Assembly: GCA_963730935.1 (NCBI GenBank)
Contig: CAVSTP010000002.1
Location: forward strand, 576,001 to 640,000
Length of the DNA stretch: 64,000 nt
Source of the DNA: an uncultured Nitrospiraceae bacterium
GTDB taxonomy: Bacteria; Nitrospirota; Nitrospiria; Nitrospirales; Nitrospiraceae
Direction: 5' to 3'
Part shown: one piece after another, positions 15,001 to 26,025 of the stretch
How positions within the stretch are numbered: position 1 is the first letter of the stretch
Layout of the letters: the number at the start of each line of letters is the position of its first letter
Notes under the pieces: generated by a model
Told to the model about the DNA's origin: nothing
Seen by the model: only the letters and a program-made list of their open reading frames with translations
Database searches by the model: none
Position numbers and translations under genes: made by a program

Positions 15001-18000
15001 CGATGGCCTCACGCCCGGTACCGCCAGCATCAATGCGGGCACGGGCACCTTCCAGATCAGCCCCTCCACGCCGACCAAGACCATTGAGTACGGCGATGTG
15101 GATACGGCGCGCGTGACGGATGTCTATTACGGCTCGACGTTCACCAACATTACCGCCGGCCAGTTCACGATCGGCGGGGCGACCCAGACGGGCGACATCT
15201 TTGTGACGGGCGTGGCCGCAGCCCCGGCCGCCACGACGCTGCAGACCACCGGGACCGGCGCCGTCACCTTCGAGACGGCCCCCTATGTGACGGGCAATCT
15301 GGATCTGGGCGTCGTCAGTGGGAGCGGGGGCATCACGCTGGGCCAGAACGTGACCCTGGGCACCGGGACGCTGCGGCTCACCACCACCGGCGCAATCACG
15401 CAGACTGGGGGCAGTCTCACGGCGGATCTCCTCGGCGCCTCGGCCGGCACGAGCATCACGCTCAATCAGGCGGGCAACGATGTGAATGTCGTGGCCGCGC
15501 AAAGTGCGGCCGGCGGGATCACCCTGCGCGATAGCGACGATCTGGTCCTTGGTGCCGCGCCCGCGGTCGCCGGCCTGCATCCCGCGATCAATGGGCTCAC
15601 CGCCCCCGGGCAAAGCGTGACCCTGACCACGGACGGCGCCTTGAGTCAGACCCAGCCCATCGTCGCCGACAGTCTCACGGCCACGACGCTCAATAATGCG
15701 GGGGCCGCGATCACGCTGACCGATCCGGGCAATGCGGTCACCACCGTGACGCTCCAGGCCCGCAATGCCGCCAATACGACCGATGCCGCCGGAGCCATTG
15801 CCTATCGCGATAGCGATGGCGTGGATATCGCCGGTGTGCGCACGACCAGTACCTTCGATCTCACGACCGCTGGGCCGATCACCAGTAGCGGCGCCCTGAT
15901 CGTGGGTGGCACGACCACGCTCACCGCTGGCGCGGCCAACAACATCACACTGAACAACGCCAACGACTTCAGCACGGTGAGCGTCGTGAGCGGCAACAAC
16001 GTGACGCTCAACGATGTGAATGCCCTGGATCTCGGCGCCTCGACCATCAGTGGCGGGCTCACCGTCACCACCAATGGCGCGATTACGGATAGCGGCAATC
16101 TCACCGTGGCCGGCACGACGACCTTGGCGGCCGGGGCGGGCAACAACATCACCTTGAATAACGCCAACGATTTCAGCACGGTCGCCATCACCAGCGGCAA
16201 CACCGTCGTATTGAACGACATCAATGCGCTCGATCTCGGGGCTTCCACCATCAGCGGCGGGCTCACCGTCACCACCAATGGCGCGATTACCGATAGCGGG
16301 AACGTGACCGTGGTTGGCACGACGACCCTCGCCGCCGGGGCGGGCAACACCATCACGCTCAACAACGCGAACGACTTCAGCACCGTCAGTGTCGTGAGCG
16401 GCAACACCGTGACCCTCAACGATGTGAATGCCCTGGATCTCGGCGCCTCGACCATCAGTGGCGGGCTCACCGTCACCACCAATGGCGCGATTACCGATAG
16501 CGGCAATCTCACCGTGGTCGGCCCGACCACCTTGGCCGCCGGCGCCGGCAACAACATCACGCTCAACAACGCGAACGACTTCAGCACGGTGAGCGTCGTG
16601 AGCGGCAACAATGTCGTGTTGAACGACATCAATGCGCTCGATCTCGGGGCTTCCACGATCAGCGGCGCGCTCTCCGTCACCACCAATGGCGCGATTACCG
16701 ATAGCGGCAATTTGACCGTGGTTGGCCCGACCACCTTGGCCGCCGGCGCCGGCAACAACATCACCTTGAACAACGCCAACGACTTCAGCACGGTGAGCGT
16801 CGTGAGCGGCAACACTGTGACGCTCAACGATGTGAATGCGCTCGATCTCGGCGCTTCCACCATCAACGGCGCCTTGAGCGTCACCACCAATGGCGCCATT
16901 ACCGATAGCGGGAACGTGACCGTGGTTGGCCCGACCACCCTCGCCGCCGGCGCGGGCAACAACATCACCTTGAACAACGCCAACGACTTCAGCACCGTCA
17001 GCGTCGTGAGCGGCAACACCGTCGTGTTGAACGACATCAATGCGCTCGATCTCGGGGCTTCCACCATCAGCGGGACGCTCTCCGTTACCACCAACGGTGC
17101 GATTACCGATAGCGGCAATTTGACCGTGGTTGGCCCGACCACCCTCGCCGCCGGGGCGGGCAACAACATCACCTTGAACAACGCCAACGATTTCAGCACC
17201 GTCAGCGTCGTGAGCGGCAACACCGTGACGCTCAACGATGTGAATGCGCTCGATCTCGGCGCTTCCACCATCAGCGGCACCTTGAGCATCACCACCAACG
17301 GGGCCATTACCGACAGCGGTGCGCTCAGCGTCGTGGGGACCACGACCCTCACCGCCGGGGCCGCCAACAACATCACCTTAAACAACGCCAACGACTTCAG
17401 CACGGTCAGTGTCGTGAGCGGCAACACTGTGGTGCTCAACGACGTGAACGCGCTGGATCTCGGCGCCTCCACCATCAGCGGGGATCTGAATGTCACCACC
17501 GGCGGGGCCGTGACGCAGTCGGGCGCCCTGACCGTGGCCGGCAATGCCGCCTTCGATACCTCCGCCGCGGCCACCTTAGGCTCGGTGAGCTTCACCGATA
17601 GCAATGCGTTGACGTTGAACAACTCGCTGGTGGGCGGCAACCTGACCGTCACCACGGGCGCCGGCGATATCACGCTGCCCGCGGGCCAGACCCTGACGGT
17701 GGCGGGCAATATCACCTTGACCCCGGCCGGGGCAGTGGATCTACAAGGCACCACCCAGATCGGCGGCACCCAATCCTATGTGGGCGGCACGGGCTCCACC
17801 TTTGTGCTCGGCGCGGATACCAATCTCAATACCTTGCCGTTGCCCGCGTCCGGCTCCGTCACGGTCAATACGACCGGCACCACCACGACCTTTGGCGGTC
17901 CGCCGATCCTGGGCCAAGCCATTGATCTCCCCCATGCCGGCAATAGCATCGGCGGCACCGTGCGGTTTACCACTGCCGCCCCGGCCGTGACCGGCGCGAC

Positions 18001-21000
18001 CCAAAACACCTATAACCTCACGCAGAGTGCTCCGGTCACCTTCAATCCCGGGCAAACCTTGACGGTCACGGACTTGGGCGGCACGGCCGGCAAGCGCGGC
18101 AATATCAGCCTGCCCAATGCCGCCAACACGTTCCAGGATGTGAATCTGCTCGGCGGCAATCTGGCCCTGACCGATAGCGGCCCGCTGAATATCGGCGCCA
18201 CCGGCCTCAGTGCCAATGCCGGCACCACCAGCACCGGCACCCTCGCCTTGACCAGCACCGGGGCGATCACCCAGAGCGGCCCGATCACCGCGGCCGGCCT
18301 CACGACGCTTACGGCGGGCGCGGCCAACAACATTCTGCTCAATCACGCCGCCAACGACTTCAGCACCGTCAGTGTCGTGAGCGGCAACAATGTCGTGTTG
18401 AACGACATCAATGCGCTCGATCTCGGGGCTTCCACGATCAGCGGGACGCTCTCCGTTACCACTAACGGCGCGATTACCGATAGCGGCAATCTCACCGTGG
18501 TCGGCACGACCACCTTGGCCGCCGGCGCCGGCAACAACATCACCTTGAATAACGCCAACGACTTCAGCACGGTGAGCGTCGTGAGCGGCAACAATGTCGT
18601 GTTGAACGACATCAATGCGCTCGATCTCGGGGCTTCCACGATCAGCGGCACCTTGAGCGTTACCACCAACGGCGCCATTACCGAGAGCGGCAATTTGACC
18701 GTGACCGGCCCGACCACCTTGGCGGCCGGGGCGGGCAACAACATTACCTTGAACAACGCCAACGACTTCAGCACGGTCAGTGTCGTGAGCGGCAATAATG
18801 TGGCGTTGAACGACATCAATGCCTTGGATCTCGGCGCTTCCACCATCAGCGGCGCCCTCACCGTCACCACCAATGGGGCGATTACCGAGAGCGGCAATTT
18901 GACCGTGACCGGCCCGACCACCTTGGCCGCGGGGGCCGGCAACAACATTACCTTGAACAACGCCAACGACTTCAGCACGGTCAGTGTCGTGAGCGGCAAT
19001 AATGTGGCGTTGAACGACATCAATGCCTTGGATCTCGGCGCCTCCACAGTGAGTAGCACGCTGACGGTGACGACCGGCGGCGCCCTGACCCAGAGCGGGA
19101 CGGTGGTTGCCCCCAATCTGGCCGTGACCAGCAGTGGCCCCGTCACCTTGACCAATGCGGCCAATGATTTCGATACCGTGGCGTTCCAAGTGGCAGGCGC
19201 GGGCAACGGCGTACAGCTCACCGATGTCGATGGCCTCACGGTGGGCACGGTCGGCGCGGTCACGGGCATCACCGCCGCCGGCAATGTGGCGCTGACGACG
19301 ACCAACGGCGGGGCGCTCACGATCGCTCAACCGATCACGACCACCAACACCGGCACCCTCACGCTCACCAATGCCGGCACGCTGGCGCTCAATGCCAATC
19401 TCGATGCCGATGGCCCGATCACGCAGAACGGGGCAGGCGCGATCACAGCGACCGGCGCCCGCACGGTCACCACGACCAACGATGCGGTGACCTTGACGCA
19501 AGGCCTCACCTTGGGCGGCGATCTCACGATCAGCACCGGTACGGGCCCGATTGCTTTCAACAGCACCGTTAACGGCGGCGGCAATCTCACGGCCAATAGC
19601 ACCGGTACCACCACCTTTGCCGGCGCGGTCGGCGCCGTCACGCCGTTGACCTCACTCACGACCAATGCGGGCGGGACGACCGCCCTCAACGGCGGCACGG
19701 TCGTGACGACGGGCGCGCAGACCTACATTGATGCGGTGACGCTCGGCGCGGATACGACGCTGACCAGCACGGGCGCGGGCGCGATCACCCTGAACGGCAC
19801 CGTCAACGGCGCCCAGAGCCTGACCGTGAACACCGCGGGCGCCACGACCTTGGCCGGCCCGATCGGCGGCGGCACGCCGCTCACCAGCGTCACGACCGAT
19901 CAGCCGGGCATCGTTACGGTGGGGAGTGTGACGACGACCGGGGCGCAGAGCTATCAGGAGAATACGGTCAGCTTGGGCGGCACCTATACGACCACCAATA
20001 GTGCGTTCACCGCGGGCACGGCCGCGGCCGCGGTGACGTTGGGCGGCGCCACGACCATCACGACCGGCACCGGCACGATTCTCGTCAACGGCACTATTGA
20101 TGGCGCCCAGAGCCTGACCCTCAATAGCACCGGCACGACGACGCTCGCCGGCGCGGTGGGCGGCACCACGCCGTTGACCGCGCTCACGACCAATGCGGGC
20201 GGCACCACGGCCGTGAACGGCGGCAGCGTCACCACGACCGGCAATCAAACCTATGGCGATGCCGTCACGATGAATCAAGCGACCACACTCACGAGTACGG
20301 CTGGAACCGTGCAGTTCGACAATACGGTCACGAACTCCGTCGGCGGCGCCAGCATTACAGTGGATGCCCTGACGATTACCTTGAATGCCGCCACGACGAT
20401 GGCGACCACCAATGGCAACCTCAGCTTCTTTACCGATACGCTCAACACGAATGGCGCAAGCATCAATGCCGGCACCGGCGCCTTTGCGATTGCGCCCAGT
20501 ACCGTGACGAAGACGATTGAATTCGGCGATGTGGATACCGCCCGCACGACCGATGTGTACTACAGCTCCAACTTCGGCAGCATCGTGGCCGGAAGCTTTA
20601 CGGTCGGTCGTCCCGCTCAGACTGGAGATATTTTTGTCACCGGCGTGGCTAGCTTGACGACACCACTCACGGTCATCAACGGAGGGACCGGTGCTCTGAC
20701 CGTAGAAAACGCGGCTCTCACGAGTCCGAACAACAGCTCTGTGGGTCTTGTCAGCGGGTCCGGTGGGACGACCTTGGCTGCCGATGTGAACGTCGGCACC
20801 GGTACATTGCGGATCACAAGCACAGGCGCCATTGCTCAAAGCGGGGGAGCAATTACGGCCGATACACTTGCTCTGGCCGCAGGAACCGGCATCAACGTTG
20901 CGCAAGCCGGAAACGATGTCACAACACTCGCCGCTCAGACGGCAGTAGGTGGATTGGCCTTCCGCGATAGTGACGGCTTTATCATTGGCAGCATCGTGGC

Positions 21001-22207
21001 CAGCGGCGACGGGTTCCATCCGGCCATCACCGGTCTCAACGCCGGCGTTTCGGATGTGGCCTTGTCCGCTGGCGGACCAGTGACGCAGACCGCACCTATT
21101 AATGCCGGTGGACTGAGCCTTCAGGGAACTGGTCCCTATACGCTGACTCACGGTGCCAACGACGTTGAAACGATCGCGGCCAACACCACGGGAACCATTG
21201 AGTTCACCGACGTCGATGATCTCACCGTTGGCGCTGTGGCCGCAGTCGGCACGATCCCGGCCTCCGGCGGCCTCACCAGCGGCAACAACGATATCGCCCT
21301 CATCACCGGCGGGGCCCTCACGCTTAATCAGGCCGTTAATGCCGGTACGGCCGATGTGGGCTTGCAGGCCAATGGCCCCGTCACTCAAGGCGCGGCCGGC
21401 AACATCACCGCCAATGAACTCAATCTCCGCGGCAGCGGGCCCTTCACGCTCACGAACAATGCCAATGATGTGAACACCGTGGGCGCAACCGTCACCGGCA
21501 CGCTCCAGCTCACCGACGTCGATGATCTCACCGTTGGCGCTGTGGCCGCAGTCGGTACGATCCCGGCCTCCGGCGGCCTCACCAGCGGCAACAACGATAT
21601 CGCCCTCATCACCGGCGGGGCCCTCACGCTTAATCAGGCCGTTAATGCCGGTACGGGCAACATAGGGATTGCGTCGGGAGGATCCACGACTCAAGGTGGA
21701 GCCGGTCAATTAACGGGAGATAATTTGAATCTCCAAGGCAATGGACCATACGTCCTGACGAATCCAAATAACGACATCAACACCGCCGGCGGAACCGTGT
21801 TGGCTTCTCTCGTATCGATTGCCGACATCAATGGCTTCACGGTTGGTAACGTGCCGGCGGTGGGGACGTTACCGGCCGCCGGACCGTTCCCAAACGCTCC
21901 ACCATCTATTTTCGCAACCGTCGGCGGCCGCGGACTCTTGCAGGGGGTGGAAAGCACATTCGTTTACTTGAACCCGGAAACATTCATTCCCCTTTACTAT
22001 CCTTTCGGCCATCCAATGTTGGGATGGACAATCCGGAGTGTCACATCACTGTATGTGCCTACCACTCCGCTCAATTTGCCCTTGTTTGACAACAGGGCCT
22101 CCGGGACGCAATCGGTTGGTGGTTCTGGAAGTTGTGGTGAGCGATCCGGCGAGAAGGAAGACCAATCGGCGCCCAGAGGCGGCTGTGAGGAGGGCGTCAT
22201 TAAGTAG
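2..22207 (+). CDS. Giant repetitive filamentous-haemagglutinin-like (TpsA-type) surface adhesin, 5'-truncated by the window edge, at least about 7,400 aa; interrupted by compensating -1 (~9114) and +1 (~9574) indels
   Basis: ORFs 11..9142 and 9578..22207 are in the same frame, and 9139..9663 continues the same 68-aa repeat in a shifted frame. The duplicate copy 7,449 bp downstream is uninterrupted. T/G/A/N-rich beta-strand repeats throughout; the frame is open to the window start. Confidence 0.85.
2290..5337 (+). repeat. Tandem array of about 5 near-identical 621-bp (207-aa) units in the adhesin; more diverged copies at ~1-2290
   Basis: Identical antisense ORFs recur at 2434, 3673, 4294 and 4915 (period 621 bp; 618 bp across the indel-ridden copy starting at 3055). 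Confidence 0.95.
6242..11598 (+). repeat. Copy 1 of a ~5.36-kb near-identical internal duplication
   Basis: 6242 aligns to 13691 and 11581 aligns to 19030, a constant offset of 7,449 bp; identical antisense ORFs occur at that offset (6512/13961, 10327/17776). Confidence 0.95.
8504..19047 (+). repeat. Four blocks of 204-bp (68-aa) tandem units NNANDFSTVSVVSGN...GAGNNITL (about 8, 10, 8 and 4 unit starts)
   Basis: Unit starts at 8504, 8708, 8912 and so on; blocks at ~8504-10020, ~10893-12815, ~15953-17470 and ~18342-19047. Confidence 0.9.
13691..19047 (+). repeat. Copy 2 of the ~5.36-kb internal duplication
   Basis: Matches 6242..11598 at an offset of 7,449 bp. Confidence 0.95.
21204..21656 (+). 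repeat. Two near-identical ~147-bp copies (21204-21350 and 21510-21656, offset 306 bp) near the adhesin 3' end
   Basis: TDVDDLTVGAVAAVGTIPASGGLTSGNNDIALITGGALTLNQAVNAGT is repeated with near-identical DNA. Confidence 0.9.
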
Positions 22208-22365
22208 TTATGCATAGCTGATCGATGCGAAAGACAGACTCTAGAGACCCAATTGCCTTTATAAGACTATGATTATATTAGTAGTTTTTGGTATTTTCTC
22301 CTCCATCCTTCCGTAGCCCCTCTTCAGGGCAATGCGCTTTTCCTGAAATCTGCGACACTTTTAGT

Positions 22366-23622
22366 ATGGACAGGATCGATCACAGACCGGCCCTACGCCC
22401 TGCCATACGATTATGTCCTACACAAATAGGTGTGGTTTGGATCATCACACTCACCCTCGCTATGGGGGTGCTGACCACAACGGCCGCCGCTCAGGATCAA
22501 TCCGAGCATCGCACGATTCTTAACCAGAAGAGTTTCTCATTCGTCGTCGACGAGATTAGTCGGTTACTGGGGCCGAGGGAGCAGCCTATTGCCTTGCACC
22601 GGGTCATCGGGATCGACCAGTCGCTGACAATGAGTCAACTCTCGAAGGACAACCGACTGGTTGTGATCAATCCTCATCGAGTGTTATTCGCCGATTTTGG
22701 ATTCGTCGATACGGGCGAATTCCTGGCGACCACGTTGCGGGTCCGTGGCAGCCGCGACGCCAAGGCTGCCGTCAGCACCAGTACCGTCCGCGTCTCCGAA
22801 CACGGATATATTGCATTGATGACACCTGGTGTCACAACCGAAGCCGTCGTCATTGCAGCCGTGAGCACGGCACCATCGGATGCTGAACAGAAGATCCTGT
22901 TTGATTTCATGAGCGATGGCCTCATCCGGTATGCCATCGGGGAAAGCGAACTGAATCACTTCACCGGGGTCGATGGAAAGGCCTTGATCAAGGCCTCATC
23001 TGACGGAGAGCGGCTCGAAGCTGGCTCCGGGCAGATGTTGATGAATGCCAGGTCGGCCGCCGACATCCAACGGTCCGTGATGAATATCGGCAATGTCACT
23101 CGTGCTCGACGCTTGGTGGTTGAAAACAGCTCAATCCGACTTGAGGGAGAGAGCCCACTTGCGGCGAGCGTGAGGCGGCCAAGCAGCTCGCTCTCCCATG
23201 AAAATGCAAGCAGCAAACCCCTTCACAAGGAGCTTGAAAACAAGGCGGCTCAAGCGGATATAGCCACCGCGAAGGTCAGTCCCATGTCATCGAGCTCAAA
23301 TCACGATGCGCTGCATACGTCTGACAACAAGGGTACACCTATGAACAGCACGTCTCTCCTGCACAAGCGGTTGCAGAGTCGGCCACCAGCTGTAGCGAAC
23401 AAACCCCTCCCACGATCCAGGGAGTCCACACTTCAGCAAGCCGGCCGAACCGAAGGCAAGAGCGGAGCAAAAGGCAAAATGAAAGCCCAAAAGTCGACCC
23501 CTCACGCACGAGCTCAGCAACCACCGTCTGCGCTGTCGATCCCTCATCAGCCGGTTCTGCCGGATTGGATGAAGTATCTTCCGAAGAGTGAAGGCACCAC
23601 TGACAATCCAGCGGTCCCCTAG
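22366..23622 (+). CDS. Exported protein with a degenerate filamentous-haemagglutinin N-terminal (TPS secretion) domain and a disordered basic C-terminal tail
   Basis: Hydrophobic signal-like stretch ending AAA-QD. LHRVIGIDQSLTMSQLSKDNRLVVINPHRVLF...VDTGEFLATTL parallels the TPS consensus LNRVtG.dpS.I.G.l.anG.v.liNPNGilF...v.vgg.lAsTl. ATG 22366 preferred over TTG 22288. Confidence 0.7.
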   Translation: MDRIDHRPALRPAIRLCPTQIGVVWIITLTLAMGVLTTTAAAQDQSEHRTILNQKSFSFVVDEISRLLGPREQPIALHRVIGIDQSLTMSQLSKDNRLVVINPHRVLFADFGFVDTGEFLATTLRVRGSRDAKAAVSTSTVRVSEHGYIALMTPGVTTEAVVIAAVSTAPSDAEQKILFDFMSDGLIRYAIGESELNHFTGVDGKALIKASSDGERLEAGSGQMLMNARSAADIQRSVMNIGNVTRARRLVVENSSIRLEGESPLAASVRRPSSSLSHENASSKPLHKELENKAAQADIATAKVSPMSSSSNHDALHTSDNKGTPMNSTSLLHKRLQSRPPAVANKPLPRSRESTLQQAGRTEGKSGAKGKMKAQKSTPHARAQQPPSALSIPHQPVLPDWMKYLPKSEGTTDNPAVP

Positions 23623-23636
23623 CGATCTACCACGGG

Positions 23637-24134
23637 TTACGTGAACCGTCGTACCTGCTCGTTGAGGATTTGAGCAATCATGGAAGTGTCGAACGGCCAC
23701 GCGTATTGGATCGAGACTTCCGGATGTCTCGCTCTCACGCCATGAAGTATTTCCGGAATCTCGATCTCCGAATGGGCGCCCCCGGGTGTGAACATCGTGG
23801 TCGCCACGGTGATGCGAGTCGCGCCTTGCCTGATGAGGTCTTCGATCGATTCCTCCACACTGGGGGCGCAGAATTCGTTGTAGGCTAACGCAAAGAGAGC
23901 GCCATCCAGCAGCGGCCGCAAAGCGGCGCCGACCGCTTCCAACCCAGCTCGATAGGGATCAGTGGCGGCCGTCCTTGGCCACTGGCGGATGGTGGCGTCC
24001 AGTTCCCGTTCTTCGGCCGACGGAGGTGTGCCGGCAGCGCGCCGTTGGGCCTCTAAGCGTTTAAATTTGCTGACGAGTTCAGCCGGACAATCCTTCGCAA
24101 TGCCCCCGTGACCGACCAATACCACGCCACGCAT
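23637..24134 (-). CDS. CbiX/SirB-family short sirohydrochlorin chelatase-like protein
   Basis: N-terminal VVLVGHG, AYNEFCAPSV and TMFTPGGAHSEIEIP motifs typical of the CbiX/SirB domain. Confidence 0.8.
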   Translation of the reverse strand: MRGVVLVGHGGIAKDCPAELVSKFKRLEAQRRAAGTPPSAEERELDATIRQWPRTAATDPYRAGLEAVGAALRPLLDGALFALAYNEFCAPSVEESIEDLIRQGATRITVATTMFTPGGAHSEIEIPEILHGVRARHPEVSIQYAWPFDTSMIAQILNEQVRRFT

Positions 24135-24153
24135 GACACGCTCCTTGTCTATG

Positions 24154-25149
24154 CTACACGTAATTCCGCAACATCAGTTCTTTTGGATGCGGATTCAGAT
24201 AGACCTGGTTCTGAATGTACCCGACCTCATGCATCGTCACATGGTGCTTGATGAGCGTGACCGGGACGATGAGGGGCACCAGCCCATGATGATAGTCCCT
24301 GAGAACGCCGTGGAGTTCCGCGAGCTCCTTGGGCGTCAGCTGCTTTTTCAAATGCCCGATTAGATGCTGCAAGACGTCCACGTGTTTGCGTCTCGTCGCC
24401 TTGACTGCCAGTGTGGTCATGAACAGGGGTCCGTAAAGCGCAGCCAATCTCTTTGGCGAATGGCAGTGCGCCTGGGCGACCAACCGACCCAATGACTGAT
24501 AGCCCTCGCGGCTATGGGCCATCAACAAGTACTTATGAGCGGTATGAAACGCGACAATCGATCCGCGAGTCAGCGGACCGCGAACGAGAAGTTGCCATTG
24601 GTGGTAGCAAAAGATCCTTTCAATAAAGCTATCTCGTAGGGCAGGGTCGAACAACCGGCCTTCGTCTTCGATGGGTACTAGCGGGAACCGTTCCTTGAAG
24701 GCTCGTGCAAACAGGCCCACCCCGGTGCGGCTCAGCATGCCGTGAGCATTGAAGAGCTTGACTCGCTCGATCCCGCAACTCGGGGAATCCTTCTTAAAAA
24801 TGTATCCCGACAGCTCCGTCTGCTCGAGCGTCTCAAGCCTCCGCTTCGAAAACACGGTTAACGGTGTCGTCATGTCCCGTTCGCTCGTAACCGTAATGAG
24901 CTGCGTGTGTTCGGCATCGCCGACCAGCCGCATGGCTTCGCGGGGAGTGCCGAATCCCGCTTCAACCTCAGGACAGACAGGCACCCACTCGACATGCCGC
25001 CCTAGGACATCGGTCAGGAATCGATCCCGCTTGTGTCCTCCGTCGAAACGGACTTCTTCCCCCAACAGACAACGACTGACGCCGACACGGATCGGTAGTG
25101 CAGGCTGCCTTCGAGCGTCAGATAATCGGCCTGATTTTCCTGGCATCAT
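24154..25149 (-). CDS. DUF523 + DUF1722 (YbbK/YbgA; 2-thiouracil desulfurase-like) protein
   Basis: VGVSRCLLGEEVRFDGGHK, VCPEVEAGFGTPRE, KKDSPSCG, EDEGRL, FHTAHKYLLMAH and C-terminal YLNPHPKELMLRN; start uncertain (25149 or 25227). Confidence 0.9.
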   Translation of the reverse strand: MMPGKSGRLSDARRQPALPIRVGVSRCLLGEEVRFDGGHKRDRFLTDVLGRHVEWVPVCPEVEAGFGTPREAMRLVGDAEHTQLITVTSERDMTTPLTVFSKRRLETLEQTELSGYIFKKDSPSCGIERVKLFNAHGMLSRTGVGLFARAFKERFPLVPIEDEGRLFDPALRDSFIERIFCYHQWQLLVRGPLTRGSIVAFHTAHKYLLMAHSREGYQSLGRLVAQAHCHSPKRLAALYGPLFMTTLAVKATRRKHVDVLQHLIGHLKKQLTPKELAELHGVLRDYHHGLVPLIVPVTLIKHHVTMHEVGYIQNQVYLNPHPKELMLRNYV

Positions 25150-26025
25150 GGCAAGACTGTGATAAGGCTCAACGTAGGCAGGCCGCTCTTGATGACTCCC
25201 TGCACGTGCGATCCACACTCTCAACAATCAGTATAGACCTCGCGTGCGCCGTCTTCATCCTGTTTGCTATACGATCGAATCCGATGCGAAGCCACGGGGG
25301 GGGTGTGTTACTACGTCCAACGCGGGGGCGGACTAGGAGGAAGGAAGCAGATGTGCTCAGCGCGGCCGGGAGAGCCGATTTGGCTGGGTGATAGATTTCG
25401 CTTGTGGCTGCGAATTTTGTCCGCAGCGGCATACCTCAGTAATAGACGTAGCGTTTCGTATCGCGTTTCGCTAGGAGTTCCTAATGCTCCTTGGGCTCTT
25501 GACTAATTAAGGTTCCCCTTCCACTGCAGCTTGTTCTTAAGACTGACTCCTGCTTTGCACGAGCGTTGCGGCGATCGCTCTGAAAATGGTCTGCTGGTCA
25601 GGTACGTCTATCTTTGCCTGCCCCTCACGGGTAGTAGTCCAAGCATCATTTAACAGAGCTCCCGATTGAGCCACGCTGCTCGTGCTTTCGCTTGCGCCCT
25701 AGCACGCTGTCCTTGAAACCAATAAACGCCGGCGACAATAATTACAAAGTATGGTGAGCAGATTCATCGCAGCCGTAGCTAAAACTTTTGGCAGATTGTA
25801 CTCCGGTACGTCTGAAAGCTCACCACTACTTCAAGCAAGTCCCTGTGAAATGTGATCCCTTCTTATTTAGGAAAACGCTAGAACTATCCAACGAGCTACG
25901 GGGGCTTCGAATTTAATCATATAGTTAGCGGCCCCTAATCTACTGGTGTCAAGAATTCCCCCCAACCGTAGGGGGCGAGACAGACATCCTTGACATCCCT
26001 AAGTCGTGGGAATACGTTCCCAAGG

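Noticed and set aside
8504..19047. Regular 204-bp periodicity as a possible CRISPR array or DGR template/variable repeat
   Set aside because: The units are in-frame coding repeats without unique spacers, the differences are not adenine-specific, and no cas or reverse transcriptase gene is present.
310..21957. Many long minus-strand and alternate-frame ORFs (up to 936 aa) within the adhesin
   Set aside because: They are antisense or frame shadows of a GC-rich repetitive gene with strong codon bias; they repeat with the adhesin's own periods and have no independent motifs.
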